Assembly: GCA_965221775.1 (NCBI GenBank)
Contig: CBDCSU010000006.1
Span: 1,984,001-2,048,000 of the forward strand
From: Candidatus Latescibacterota bacterium
GTDB lineage: Bacteria; Latescibacterota; UBA2968; UBA8231
Length of the DNA: 64,000 nucleotides
Reading direction: 5' to 3'
Positions 51,623 through 61,784 of the stretch are shown here, one piece after another. The translations under genes and the position numbers were made by a program. The notes below the pieces were generated by a model, which searched no databases, was not told where the DNA came from, and saw only the letters and a program-made list of their open reading frames with translations. Every line of letters begins with the position of its first letter. Positions within the stretch are counted from its first letter, which is position 1.

Positions 51623-53173
51623 ATGACTCTGCCTCGTGGCGTCACCCTTCGCCTGCTCGCCCTGCTGGCCAGCACCATGCCTGCGGCCGGCCCCCTCGAC
51701 GCCCAGCTGCGGCTGACCGCTCACCACGAGTACCAGTTCGGCAACCTTCCCGACGCTGAACCGGCCGACCTGCGGGCCCTGTACCAACAGGTGAACCTCG
51801 GCTTCGAGTCCGCGGGATTCCTGGCCAGCGCCCGCAGCGAGGCCTTCCGCTCCAGCGGCGAGGACCGCGACTACCTCCATCTCGCCCAGCGGTCGCTGTC
51901 GTACCGGCACGGCGGCCTGGAGGCCACGGCCGGGCACTTCTACGCCCTCGTGGGCCGCGGTGTGCTGCTGCACGCCTTCGAGCTTCCCGGCGTCATCACC
52001 GAGGACCGCGTCTCCCGCCGGCGTTACCAGATCGTCCGCGACCTCGACGGCGCGCGGGTGAGCGGCCGGTGGCGGCAGGTGGAGGTGCTGGCCCTGCACG
52101 GCGTGCCCGTGAACAGCGAGCTGGCCCCCGGGCTGAAGGGTCTCGACCGGCGCCAGGGCCGGGTCTCCGGGGGGGCCGTCCGGGCCAGGGTGAGCCGTGA
52201 GATCGCGGTCGGGGCGGGACTGATCGAGTTCTCCTTCGGCGGGGAGGAGGAGCTCGGCGCCACCACCCACGGGGAGCTGCGCTTCGGATCCCTCCTCGAG
52301 AGGCTTGGACTGGGCGGCTGGTACGGGGATCTCTACGGCGAGTACGCCCAGATCGACCCGGCCCCGGACCGCTGGCTGTCGCTGGACCGCGACCGTTCGC
52401 GGGCCCTTTACCTGGCCGGCACCCTGACGGGCGGGGCCTGGGGCCTGAGCCTGGAGCTGAAGGACTACGACGACTTCGCCTTCCCGAGCCTCAACAACCC
52501 GCCGACGCTGATCCGGGAGCACGAGGCCTTCCTCCTCAACCGGGAGACCCACGCCCTGCTCGCCGACGACGAGACCGGGGTGCAGGCCGAGCTGACCTGG
52601 GCCCTGCCCCGCGACATCGGACTGACCGCCGCCTGGAACCTGGCCACCCGCCGGGGACCGGACCCGGGGGACGAGAAGTCCCTGCGCGAGTACTTCGTGC
52701 AGCTGGACTCCCCGGTGGGCGAGGCATTCCACGGGCAGCTGTTCCTCGATTACACGCGCAACCGCATCCTCGAGAACGAGCGCCGCCTGACCGCGGGCAC
52801 GCGCTGGGACTGGTCCGCCGGCGGACGCCACGCCGCCAGCGCCGACCTGCAGGTGCAGGACGTGGACCGGCGCTTCGGCCGCAGCGAGTTCCCCTACGAG
52901 AACCTGCTGGGAACGGTGGAGCTCAGCCGCTATCCGGCCTGGACCTGGTCCCTGCAACTGCAGAGGTCGAACGATCCCCTGGAGGCAGGGGCCTCGGAGT
53001 CGGGAGCGACGTACTGGTGGGCCCTCGGCGCCAGCTGGCGGTTCCGCGACGCCCACACGCTGGACGTCTTCGGGGGCCGGCGCAGGACGGGGCTGGCCTG
53101 CACCGGGGGCAGCTGCTACGAGGTGCTGGGCTTCGAAGGCATCGAGCTGCGCCTCACCAGCGAGGTGCTGTAG
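51623..53173 (+). CDS. DUF6029-like outer-membrane beta-barrel protein
   Basis: Signal peptide; TAGHFYALVGRGVLL, RDLDG, LELKDY, NNPPTLIREH, C-terminal GRRRTGLACTGGSCYEV..FEG; family assigned from remembered motifs. Confidence 0.72.
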   Translation: MTLPRGVTLRLLALLASTMPAAGPLDAQLRLTAHHEYQFGNLPDAEPADLRALYQQVNLGFESAGFLASARSEAFRSSGEDRDYLHLAQRSLSYRHGGLEATAGHFYALVGRGVLLHAFELPGVITEDRVSRRRYQIVRDLDGARVSGRWRQVEVLALHGVPVNSELAPGLKGLDRRQGRVSGGAVRARVSREIAVGAGLIEFSFGGEEELGATTHGELRFGSLLERLGLGGWYGDLYGEYAQIDPAPDRWLSLDRDRSRALYLAGTLTGGAWGLSLELKDYDDFAFPSLNNPPTLIREHEAFLLNRETHALLADDETGVQAELTWALPRDIGLTAAWNLATRRGPDPGDEKSLREYFVQLDSPVGEAFHGQLFLDYTRNRILENERRLTAGTRWDWSAGGRHAASADLQVQDVDRRFGRSEFPYENLLGTVELSRYPAWTWSLQLQRSNDPLEAGASESGATYWWALGASWRFRDAHTLDVFGGRRRTGLACTGGSCYEVLGFEGIELRLTSEVL

Positions 53174-53196
53174 GGGCAGGGAGCCAGCCGCGCCCC

Positions 53197-54084
53197 TTAC
53201 TTCAGCAGAGTGACCTTGCGGGCGATGGCCGCGCCCCCTTGGCGCGCGGAAGCGATGTAAACGCCGGAGGCGACCGCTTCACCGCCTTCGTCGCGCCCGT
53301 CCCAGGTCAGGGAGTGCGTCCCCGCCGCGTAGTGTCCGGACCAGGCGCGCACTACCTGCCCCCGCAGATCGAATACGGTCAGGGCCACGGGACCTGCCGT
53401 GGTCACCGTGAAGGAGAGGGTGGTCTCGGCGTTGAAGGGATTCGGCCAGGCCTCCAGGGCGAAGCCGGCGGGCACCCGGGGGGCGGCTCCCACCGCCGTG
53501 CCGATCTCCTCCTCTTCCTCTTCGACCTCCTCCAGGGCGGCGGCCAGATCGGCCAGGGCGGTGTCGATGGCCTCGCGGATCTCGCCATCGTTGTAGCGCT
53601 GGCCGAGCCTGGCGTCGGGCGACCGGTAGCGGACCACGCCCTCGTGATCGATGACGAAGTAGTAGTCCTGGACCACGCCGTAGTCCCGGGCCACCCCGGA
53701 ACCGTTGACCAGTATCGGGTAGGTCGCCAGACCGTCGTCTACCCAGATCGACTTGACGCTCGATGCCCGTCCGTCCCAGATATCGATTCCGAGGGCGATG
53801 AGCTGATCGCCCCCGTAGTCCTGCCAGACTGCCTCGGAACTCGCGGCCTCCGCGACGCAGTACGGTCAGGTGTTCCCGAGGAAGTTGATGTAGACGACCT
53901 TCTCGCCGAGGAAGTCGCCCAGCGACACGAGCTCTCCGTCCACGGTCTCGAGCTCGAAGGTGGGGGCCGTGTCGCCGGCCGCCGCCTGGGCCTCGGCCTC
54001 CCCGGCTCCGGCCACGTGAAGAGCGGTGAGGGCGATCGCCGCGCAGGCGAACGGTCCCTTCCGCAGGACGCTTCTAGCTCTCAT
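53197..54084 (-). CDS. Putative exported selenoprotein: redoxin (TlpA/AhpC-like, UxxC) plus FlgD/T9SS-like C-terminal domain, 295 aa with Sec at TGA 53868..53866
   Basis: ORFs 53866..54120 and 53197..53694 are in one frame and joined by an open stretch: GDTAPTFELETVDGELVSLGDFLGEKVVYINFLGNT-TGA-PYCVAEA...TYPILVNG...YFVIDHEGVVRY; C-terminus PNPFNAET...WDGRDEGG..VASGVY...RKVTLLK. Confidence 0.85.
53828..53865 (-). promoter_or_regulatory. Candidate bacterial SECIS element
   Basis: After UGA: UCGCGG-AGG-CCGCGA apical stem-loop (nt +11 to +25), with a possible lower stem ACUGC/GCAGU. Confidence 0.6.
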
Positions 54085-54640
54085 CGGCTTCCCCTTTCGT
54101 CGAATCCGGAACGGCCTCACCCAGCAGCTCCACCAGCCTGGCGCGCAGGCGGATCTCGTCTCCCGGCTTGTACCCGAAGTGCTTGTACACCACCTCGCCC
54201 TCCGTGGAGAGGATCAGCGACGCCGGCACCGCGGGCAGCTGGAACTGCTTCATCACCTGCCGCGAGTGATCGAGGAGGACCGGCAGCTCCAGGCGGTGGC
54301 GCTTGAGGAAGGGCCTCACCTTGGGCTGATTGCGAGGACCGTCGACATTGACGGCGTAGACCCCCACTCCGCGGTCCTCGAACTCCCTGGCGATCTTCTG
54401 CACCGCGGGCAGCCCCTTGATGCAGGGCTTGCACCAGGTGGCCCAGAAATCGAGGATCACCGGCCCCTCTTCCAGCGCCTTCTGCAGTGAGAACTCCTTG
54501 CCGTCGAGGGACGGCAGGGTGAACTGGGACTTGGCCGCCGCCGCGGCAGGCGCCGGAGGAAGGAGCACGAGGCCGAAGGCCGGCAGGATCAGCGCCATTC
54601 GGGCCATGGCCGCGAGGGCCTTGCGGTTGCTCCTGCTCAT
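54074..54640 (-). CDS. TlpA-family thiol:disulfide oxidoreductase, exported
   Basis: Signal peptide; FTLPSLDGK, VILDFWATWCKPC, AVNVD, PVLLD, VP cis-Pro loop, GYKPGDE. Confidence 0.92.
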   Translation of the reverse strand: MSRSNRKALAAMARMALILPAFGLVLLPPAPAAAAAKSQFTLPSLDGKEFSLQKALEEGPVILDFWATWCKPCIKGLPAVQKIAREFEDRGVGVYAVNVDGPRNQPKVRPFLKRHRLELPVLLDHSRQVMKQFQLPAVPASLILSTEGEVVYKHFGYKPGDEIRLRARLVELLGEAVPDSTKGEADES

Positions 54641-54665
54641 CTTCTCATCCTCCCCGGCTTCTACC

Positions 54666-55904
54666 TTATTGCCGCGGCGTCGATGCGTGCAAGGCGGCCG
54701 CGAAGTCCGACCCCGCCGGCTCCTGGTAGACGCGCAGCCCGAAGCGCGGCACCACCGCCAGCAGATGGTCGAATATGTCGGACTGGATCCCCTCGTAATC
54801 GGCCCACACCGTGGTGTTGGTGAAGACGTAGATCTCCAGGGGCAGGCCCTGGGCCGCCGGCGCCAGCTGGCGGATCAGGAAGGTCATGTCCTGGCGGATT
54901 CGGGGGTGGCTGCGCAGGTAGGCGGCCACGTAGGCCCGGAAGGTGCCCACGTTGGTCAGGCGCCGGCCGTTGACCAGCTCCGAGGCGTCGACCCGCGATT
55001 CGGCGTTGTGTTCCTCCACTTCCTTCTGACGGGAGTCCAGGTAGTCGCGGATCAGCTCGAAGCGCTCGAAGCGCTGCAGCATCTCGGCGTCGCAGAACCG
55101 GATCGAGTTCATGTCGATGTGGATGGCGCGCTTGATCCGGCGGCCGCCGCTGTCCTGCATGCCGCGCCAGTTCTTGAAGGAGACGTCCACCAGCTTGTGG
55201 GTGGGAATGGTGGTGATCGTCTTGTCCCAGTTCTGCACCTTCACCGTGTGCAGGGCGATGTCGATGACGTCGCCGTCGGCTCCGAAAGTGGGGACCTCGA
55301 TCCAGTCGCCCACCTTGACGAGCCGGTTGGAGGCGATGGTGAAGCTGGCCGTCAGCGACAGGAGGGTGTCGCGGAAGACTAGGATGACCACGGCCATGAC
55401 CGCGCCGACCCCCGAGAGCAGCACCCAGGGCGAGCGCCCCGTCAGGACCGCCACCGTCATCAGGCCGCCGATGACGTAGAGGACGATCTTGAAGATCTGG
55501 GCGTAACTCTTGATCGGAACTTCGGTGCGCGCGTCGTAGTCGGCCGTCGCCTCCTGCAGGGCGCCGACCGCGGCCCCCGCCACGAGCAGGACCACCATGA
55601 GCAGCGCGGCGTTCACCACCTGCAGGGCCGTCTCCGTCGAGCCCGGCAAACCCTCGGCGCCGTAGTAGAAGACGAGCACCGGCAGCAGCAGGGCGGCGCG
55701 GTTGAGGACGCCCTGGTGCAGCAGCACGTCGTCGAGCTTGGTGCTGCTCGCCTGGATCAGGTGGGACATGGCGCGCAGCAGCACCCTGCGGGCCAGGAGG
55801 TGGGCCACCCAGGCGACCAGGAAGAGACCGGCGGTGTAGGTCGCCTGGCCCTTCAGGGGATGCTCGGCGAACCACAGCGTCAGGGCCTCGATGAACTCGG
55901 GCAT
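54666..55904 (-). CDS. Mechanosensitive channel, MscS family (YbdG-like)
   Basis: VKVGDWIE, ADGDVIDIALHTVKVQNWDKTITTIPT, FKNWRGMQ.SGGRRIKR, TNVGTFRAY, YEGIQSDIFDH. Confidence 0.93.
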   Translation of the reverse strand: MPEFIEALTLWFAEHPLKGQATYTAGLFLVAWVAHLLARRVLLRAMSHLIQASSTKLDDVLLHQGVLNRAALLLPVLVFYYGAEGLPGSTETALQVVNAALLMVVLLVAGAAVGALQEATADYDARTEVPIKSYAQIFKIVLYVIGGLMTVAVLTGRSPWVLLSGVGAVMAVVILVFRDTLLSLTASFTIASNRLVKVGDWIEVPTFGADGDVIDIALHTVKVQNWDKTITTIPTHKLVDVSFKNWRGMQDSGGRRIKRAIHIDMNSIRFCDAEMLQRFERFELIRDYLDSRQKEVEEHNAESRVDASELVNGRRLTNVGTFRAYVAAYLRSHPRIRQDMTFLIRQLAPAAQGLPLEIYVFTNTTVWADYEGIQSDIFDHLLAVVPRFGLRVYQEPAGSDFAAALHASTPRQ

Positions 55905-55966
55905 GCCCGAAAGGTACGAAGGCCCCGCCTTTCCCACCGTTTCCGCCGAGCCCGTACCTTCATCGC

Positions 55967-58900
55967 ATGAGCACCGCCGCCCCGCCCGACGTCAGACTCG
56001 TCGACCTCGAGAGCAGCCTCGACGGCTGCATGATGTCGGACCGCGTGCGCCTCGGCCGCCGGCTCCGCCGCCTGCGCGAAGCCCTGTCCAGCGGCCGGCC
56101 GCCCCGGCGCCTGGTGCAGGACCTCGACCACATCGCCGAGCGCGCCCGCCGCTCGCGGCGGACCCGCGCCCTGCGCCGGCAGGCCCTGGAGGCGATGGAC
56201 ATCAGCTTCCCGGCGGAGCTGCCGGTGAGCCAGCGCGCCGACGAGATCCAGGCCGCCGTCCGCGAGCATCCCGTGGTCATCGTCGCCGGGGACACCGGCT
56301 CGGGCAAGACCACCCAGATCCCCAAGATCTGCCTCCTCGCCGGCCGCGGGAGAGACGCCCGCATCGCCGTGACCCAGCCCCGCCGGGTGGCGGCCACCTC
56401 GCTGTCGCGGCGGCTGGCCGAGGAGCTGGGCGTCGAGTGGGGGCGGCAGGTGGGCGCCAGGATCCGCTTCCAGGACCGGACCTCGCCGGAGACGCTGATC
56501 AAGTTCGTCACCGACGGTCTGCTGCTGGCCGAGGTCCGCTCCGACCGCGACCTGCTGGAGTACGACACCCTGATCATCGACGAGGCCCACGAGCGCTCCC
56601 TGAACATCGACTTCCTCCTGGGGTACGTGCGCACCCTGCGGGCCCGCCGCCCCGACCTGCGGATCGTCGTCACCTCGGCCACCATCGACACCGGGAGGTT
56701 CTCCCGCGCCTTCGGCGGCGCGCCGGTCGTCCAGGTGTCGGGGCGCGTCTACCCGGTCGAAGTGCGGCACTGGCCCCTGGAGGAGCTGCTGGAGGGGGAG
56801 GAGGGCGGGTTCTCGTACACGGATGGCGCGGTGGCCGCCTGCGAGCGGCTGCTGGCCGCGTCCACCCGCGGCGACGTGCTCGTCTTCATGCCGTCGGAGC
56901 GCGACATCCGCGAGACCCGCGACCTGCTGGGCGCCAGGCTGCGGGAGCGGCGGCAGGGCCCGGGCGGCGTGGAGGTCCTGCCCCTGTTCTCGCGCCTGAG
57001 CGCCGCCGAGCAGCAGCGCGTCTTCGGACCCCACTCGGGGCGGCGCATCGTCATCGCCACCAACATCGCCGAGACCTCCCTCACCATCCCGGGGATCCGC
57101 TACGTGGTGGACACCGGCCTGGCGCGGATCTCGCGCTACAACCCGCGCAGTCAGACCCAGCGGCTGCCGATCGAGGAGATCAGCCGCTCCTCGGCGGAGC
57201 AGCGCAAGGGCCGCTGCGGCCGCGTCGAGGACGGGACCTGCGTGCGCCTCTACGGCGAGGAGGACCTGCTGGCGCGGCCGGAGCACACCCAGCCGGAGAT
57301 GCAGCGCGCCAACCTCGCCGAGGTGATCCTGCGGATGCTGGACCTGGAGCTGGGACGGGTGGAGACCTTCCCCTTCCTCGACCCGCCCTCCGAGGCCGCG
57401 GTCCGCGCCGGCTACCAGTTGCTCGAGGAGCTCGGGGCCATCGACGAGAACCGCCGCCTCACCTCCCTGGGGCGGGACATGGCGCGCATGCCGATCTCGC
57501 CGGCGGTGTCGCGCATGGTCCTGCAGGCGCGCGCCGAGGGCTCCCTGGCGGAGGTCCTCGTCATCGCCGCCGCCATCTCCGTGCAGGACCCGCGCGAGCG
57601 CCCGGCCGAGGAGGAGGAGAAGGCCGATCTGGCCCACCGGCGCTTCGTCCACCCGCGCTCCGACTTCCTCACCCTGCTCAACATCTGGGCCGCCTTCCAC
57701 GACCGGCTGGAGGAGGGCACGCAGTCGCAGCTGCGCAGGTTCTGCCGGAAGCACTACCTCTCCTACCTGCGCATGCGCGAGTGGCGGGACATCCACGCCC
57801 AGTTGCGCGCCAACCTGCGGGAGCTGGGCGGCTTCCGGCTCGAGGAGGACGCCTCCGGGGGGGAGGCGGCGTACGACGCCGTGCACCGCTGCCTGCTCAC
57901 CGGGCTGCTGAGCCACGTGGGGCGGCGCGAGGACCGCAACCACTACGCGGCGCCCCGCGGCCGGAAGGCGATGCTCTTCCCCGGCTCGGGGCTGTTCCAG
58001 CGCACCGAGCCGAGGAAGCGCCGGGAGCCGGCGGCGGCGGCGACGGCGGATGCGCGGGACGGGGCCCCCGCGGCCGAGGGGGCGGAGTGGGTGGTGGCCG
58101 CGGAGATGGTGGAGACCAACCGCCTCTACGCGCGCACCTGCGCCGCCATCCGGCCGGAGTGGATCCTGGACCTGGGGAAGCACCTGTGCCGCTCGAGCCA
58201 CCGGGACCCCCACTGGAGCCGGTCCTCCGGACGCGTCCTCGCCCACGAGACCATCCGCCTCCACGGGCTCGTGGTCTCCGAGGGCCGCGTCGGCTACGGC
58301 CGCATCGCCCCGCGGGAGGCGCGCGACATCTTCGTGCGCGAAGGCCTGATCGCCGGCGAGATCGACGGCGCCGCCCAGCGCTTCCTCGACCACAACCGCC
58401 GCCTGCACCAGCGCCTCGAGGTCTGGCAGAGCCGCCGGCGCGGCGGATCTCCCGTCGACCTCGACGACGCCTTCCACGACTTCTACGCCGGGGTGCTGCC
58501 GGAGGGCACGGCCTCGGTCCACGACCTGAACTGCGTCATCGGCGACCACGGGGGCCGCGACGACTTCCTCCTCGCCGACGAGGCCCGGCTGCTCGGCGGC
58601 GCCGCCGGCGTCGACGCCGAGGCGTTCCCCGAATCCGTCGACATCGGAGGGGTGCAGCTCGGGCTCTCCTACAAGTACGCGCCTGGCCACGAGGCCGACG
58701 GCATCACCCTGCAACTGCCCTACCGGCTGGTGGACGCGGTGCGCCCGGAGGTCCTCGACTGGCTGGTTCCGGGGCTGGTCGAAGAGCGGGTCACGGCGCT
58801 GCTGAGGTCGCTGCCCAAGGCCGTGCGCAAGCGCTTCGTGCCGGTGCCGGCCACGGCCCGCCGGATCGCCGCCGACCTGAAGCCCACCCACGGGGACGGC

Positions 58901-59986
58901 ACCTTTCTCGACGCCCTGGAGAGCTACATCGAGGAGCACTGGCGGGTGCAGGTGCGCCGCGCCGACTGGGACCTGGAGCAGGTGCCGGAGCACCTGCGTC
59001 TGCGCGTGGAGATCGAGGGCGAGGGCGCCACCCTGGCCGCCGGACGGGACCTGGCGGCGCTGTCGGGACAACTCGACCGGCCGGCCGGTACCGGGGCCGT
59101 CAACCTCGAGGCCTGGGGGGAGGCCGCCCGCCGCTGGGAGCGCGAGGACGTGACCGGCTTCGACTTCGGGGACCTGCCCGAGCGCCTGGAGGTGACCCGC
59201 GTCTCGGGGGTGCCCGTCTTCGCCTTCCCGGGGCTGGCGCTGGAGGAAAACGCCGTTCACGTGCGCCTCTTCCCCGACCGCGGGGAGGCCCGCGCCGCCA
59301 CCCCGGCGGGTCTCCAGCGGCTGTGCGAGCTGGCCCTGAAGGACGAGACCGTCTGGCTGCAGCGGGAGCTGAAGGACTTGAGGTCCCTCGCCGGCGGCCG
59401 GCTGCCGGGGGACGCGGACGAGATCGAGCGCCAGGCGTACGAGCACCTGGCCCGCTATCTGTTCCTCGAAGGCGATCTCTTCCCCTTGACCCGGGAGCGC
59501 TTCGAGGCGCGGGTGGCCCGGTCCCGGGAGCGGCTGGAGGGGTTGTCGCGGCGCTTCCTCGACCTGATGGGGGAGATCCTGGAACTGAGGTCCAGGCTGA
59601 TCGCCCAGGCGAGGCCCTACCCCGGGCTGAAGGAGGACCTGCGGCGCCTGCTGCCGGCGGACTTCCTGGCGGGACTGGAGTTCGACCGCCTGCCGCACCT
59701 GGTGCGCTATCTCAAGGCGATGAGCGTGCGCGCCGACCGCTATCTCGCGGACTCGGGCAGGGACGCGGCCAAGGCGGCCCAGGTGGCGCCCTTCGCCAAG
59801 GCCTGGGAGCGGGTCCGGGACGGCCTGGCCGATGCTTCAGCGGAGCGGCGCCGGCGGGCCGAGGCGCTGCGCTGGCTGGTGGAGGAGTTCCGCGTCTCCG
59901 TCTTCGCCCAGGAGCTGGGCACGGCCGAGCGGGTCTCCGCGGCGCGGCTGGAGCGGGCGATCGAGGAGGTGGCGAAGGCGGACTGA
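55967..59986 (+). CDS. hrpA: ATP-dependent RNA helicase HrpA
   Basis: GDTGSGKTTQIPK, TQPRR, DEAH, SAT, ATNIAETSLT, QRKGRCGR, C-terminal EEFRVSVFAQELGT. Confidence 0.96.
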   Translation: MSTAAPPDVRLVDLESSLDGCMMSDRVRLGRRLRRLREALSSGRPPRRLVQDLDHIAERARRSRRTRALRRQALEAMDISFPAELPVSQRADEIQAAVREHPVVIVAGDTGSGKTTQIPKICLLAGRGRDARIAVTQPRRVAATSLSRRLAEELGVEWGRQVGARIRFQDRTSPETLIKFVTDGLLLAEVRSDRDLLEYDTLIIDEAHERSLNIDFLLGYVRTLRARRPDLRIVVTSATIDTGRFSRAFGGAPVVQVSGRVYPVEVRHWPLEELLEGEEGGFSYTDGAVAACERLLAASTRGDVLVFMPSERDIRETRDLLGARLRERRQGPGGVEVLPLFSRLSAAEQQRVFGPHSGRRIVIATNIAETSLTIPGIRYVVDTGLARISRYNPRSQTQRLPIEEISRSSAEQRKGRCGRVEDGTCVRLYGEEDLLARPEHTQPEMQRANLAEVILRMLDLELGRVETFPFLDPPSEAAVRAGYQLLEELGAIDENRRLTSLGRDMARMPISPAVSRMVLQARAEGSLAEVLVIAAAISVQDPRERPAEEEEKADLAHRRFVHPRSDFLTLLNIWAAFHDRLEEGTQSQLRRFCRKHYLSYLRMREWRDIHAQLRANLRELGGFRLEEDASGGEAAYDAVHRCLLTGLLSHVGRREDRNHYAAPRGRKAMLFPGSGLFQRTEPRKRREPAAAATADARDGAPAAEGAEWVVAAEMVETNRLYARTCAAIRPEWILDLGKHLCRSSHRDPHWSRSSGRVLAHETIRLHGLVVSEGRVGYGRIAPREARDIFVREGLIAGEIDGAAQRFLDHNRRLHQRLEVWQSRRRGGSPVDLDDAFHDFYAGVLPEGTASVHDLNCVIGDHGGRDDFLLADEARLLGGAAGVDAEAFPESVDIGGVQLGLSYKYAPGHEADGITLQLPYRLVDAVRPEVLDWLVPGLVEERVTALLRSLPKAVRKRFVPVPATARRIAADLKPTHGDGTFLDALESYIEEHWRVQVRRADWDLEQVPEHLRLRVEIEGEGATLAAGRDLAALSGQLDRPAGTGAVNLEAWGEAARRWEREDVTGFDFGDLPERLEVTRVSGVPVFAFPGLALEENAVHVRLFPDRGEARAATPAGLQRLCELALKDETVWLQRELKDLRSLAGGRLPGDADEIERQAYEHLARYLFLEGDLFPLTRERFEARVARSRERLEGLSRRFLDLMGEILELRSRLIAQARPYPGLKEDLRRLLPADFLAGLEFDRLPHLVRYLKAMSVRADRYLADSGRDAAKAAQVAPFAKAWERVRDGLADASAERRRRAEALRWLVEEFRVSVFAQELGTAERVSAARLERAIEEVAKAD

Positions 59987-60003
59987 CACCCTCGCCCCGT
60001 TCC

Positions 60004-60816
60004 TTACCCCGGCACTCTGTCCCGCAGCCACCGGAAGCACTTCTCGTAGCCGATCCCGCCCTCGCCCTCGGGACCCTCGTACTCCACCGTCCAGGCGCCG
60101 GAGTACCCGGCGTCGCGCAGGCAGCGGAGGGCGTGGTCCAGGTGGATCTCCCCCTCCCCGAGGGCGGCGCCCTTGTACTCGGAGCGGGAGCCGGTGCCGT
60201 CCTTGAGGTGGGTGTGGAAAGTGTGGGGGGCGAGGATCTCGTAGAAGTGGTCGATGCGGTCGAGGTCGTGGCCGAACCATCGGTAGTTCATGGTGTCGAG
60301 GTTGACCCCGAGGCGGTCGGAGCCGACGCGCTCGATCAGGTGGAGCTGCCAGTCGCCGTCGTTGGTGGAGACCCCGTGGTTGTCGAGGGCGATGCGCACG
60401 TCCAACTCCTCGAGGAATCCGGCGCAGCGCTGGAAGGCCTCCAGCATCATGCCGTCCCAGCGCTCGCGGGGGACCTGGCCGCCGCGGTCCCAGCCGCCGT
60501 CGGAGCGCACGATGTCGGTGCCGGCCCTCGGGATGATCTCGCAGACCCGGCGGTAGCGGCGGATCTGATCCTCGAAGTCGCCGCGGTCGGCCTGGATGAA
60601 GTCGTTGCCCGCGGAGACGGCCGAGACCTTCAGGCCGTGGCCCTCGAACAGGGCCCGCACCTCCTCGGCGCGGCGGCCGCCGTCGTCGTCGGCCTCGTCC
60701 CAGATGTCGCGGATCTGCAGCTCGCAGGACTGGTAGCCGATCTCGCTCGCCCGGCGGGCGAAGCCCTCGAGGTCGTACCCCGGCCAGCTGTGGTGGATGG
60801 CGCCGATCGTGCTCAT
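60004..60816 (-). CDS. Sugar phosphate isomerase/epimerase (xylose isomerase-like TIM barrel)
   Basis: IALDNHG, LGVNLDTMN, HTHLKD, LGEGEI, WTVEYEG. Confidence 0.88.
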   Translation of the reverse strand: MSTIGAIHHSWPGYDLEGFARRASEIGYQSCELQIRDIWDEADDDGGRRAEEVRALFEGHGLKVSAVSAGNDFIQADRGDFEDQIRRYRRVCEIIPRAGTDIVRSDGGWDRGGQVPRERWDGMMLEAFQRCAGFLEELDVRIALDNHGVSTNDGDWQLHLIERVGSDRLGVNLDTMNYRWFGHDLDRIDHFYEILAPHTFHTHLKDGTGSRSEYKGAALGEGEIHLDHALRCLRDAGYSGAWTVEYEGPEGEGGIGYEKCFRWLRDRVPG

Positions 60817-60818
60817 GG

Positions 60819-61780
<962 letters not shown>

Positions 61781-61784
<4 letters not shown>

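Noticed and set aside
53866-53868. Genome-wide TGA reassignment (Trp or Gly) as the reason for the in-frame TGA
   Set aside because: Many conserved genes here (ftsY, ribH, secA, tgt, hrpA) end at TGA at their expected C-termini, and the codon aligns with Cys rather than Trp.
54124-54134. CAGCTCCACCA identical to the tRNA-Ala 3' end (possible attR)
   Set aside because: Short match inside the TlpA coding sequence, expected by chance, and no integrase is present.
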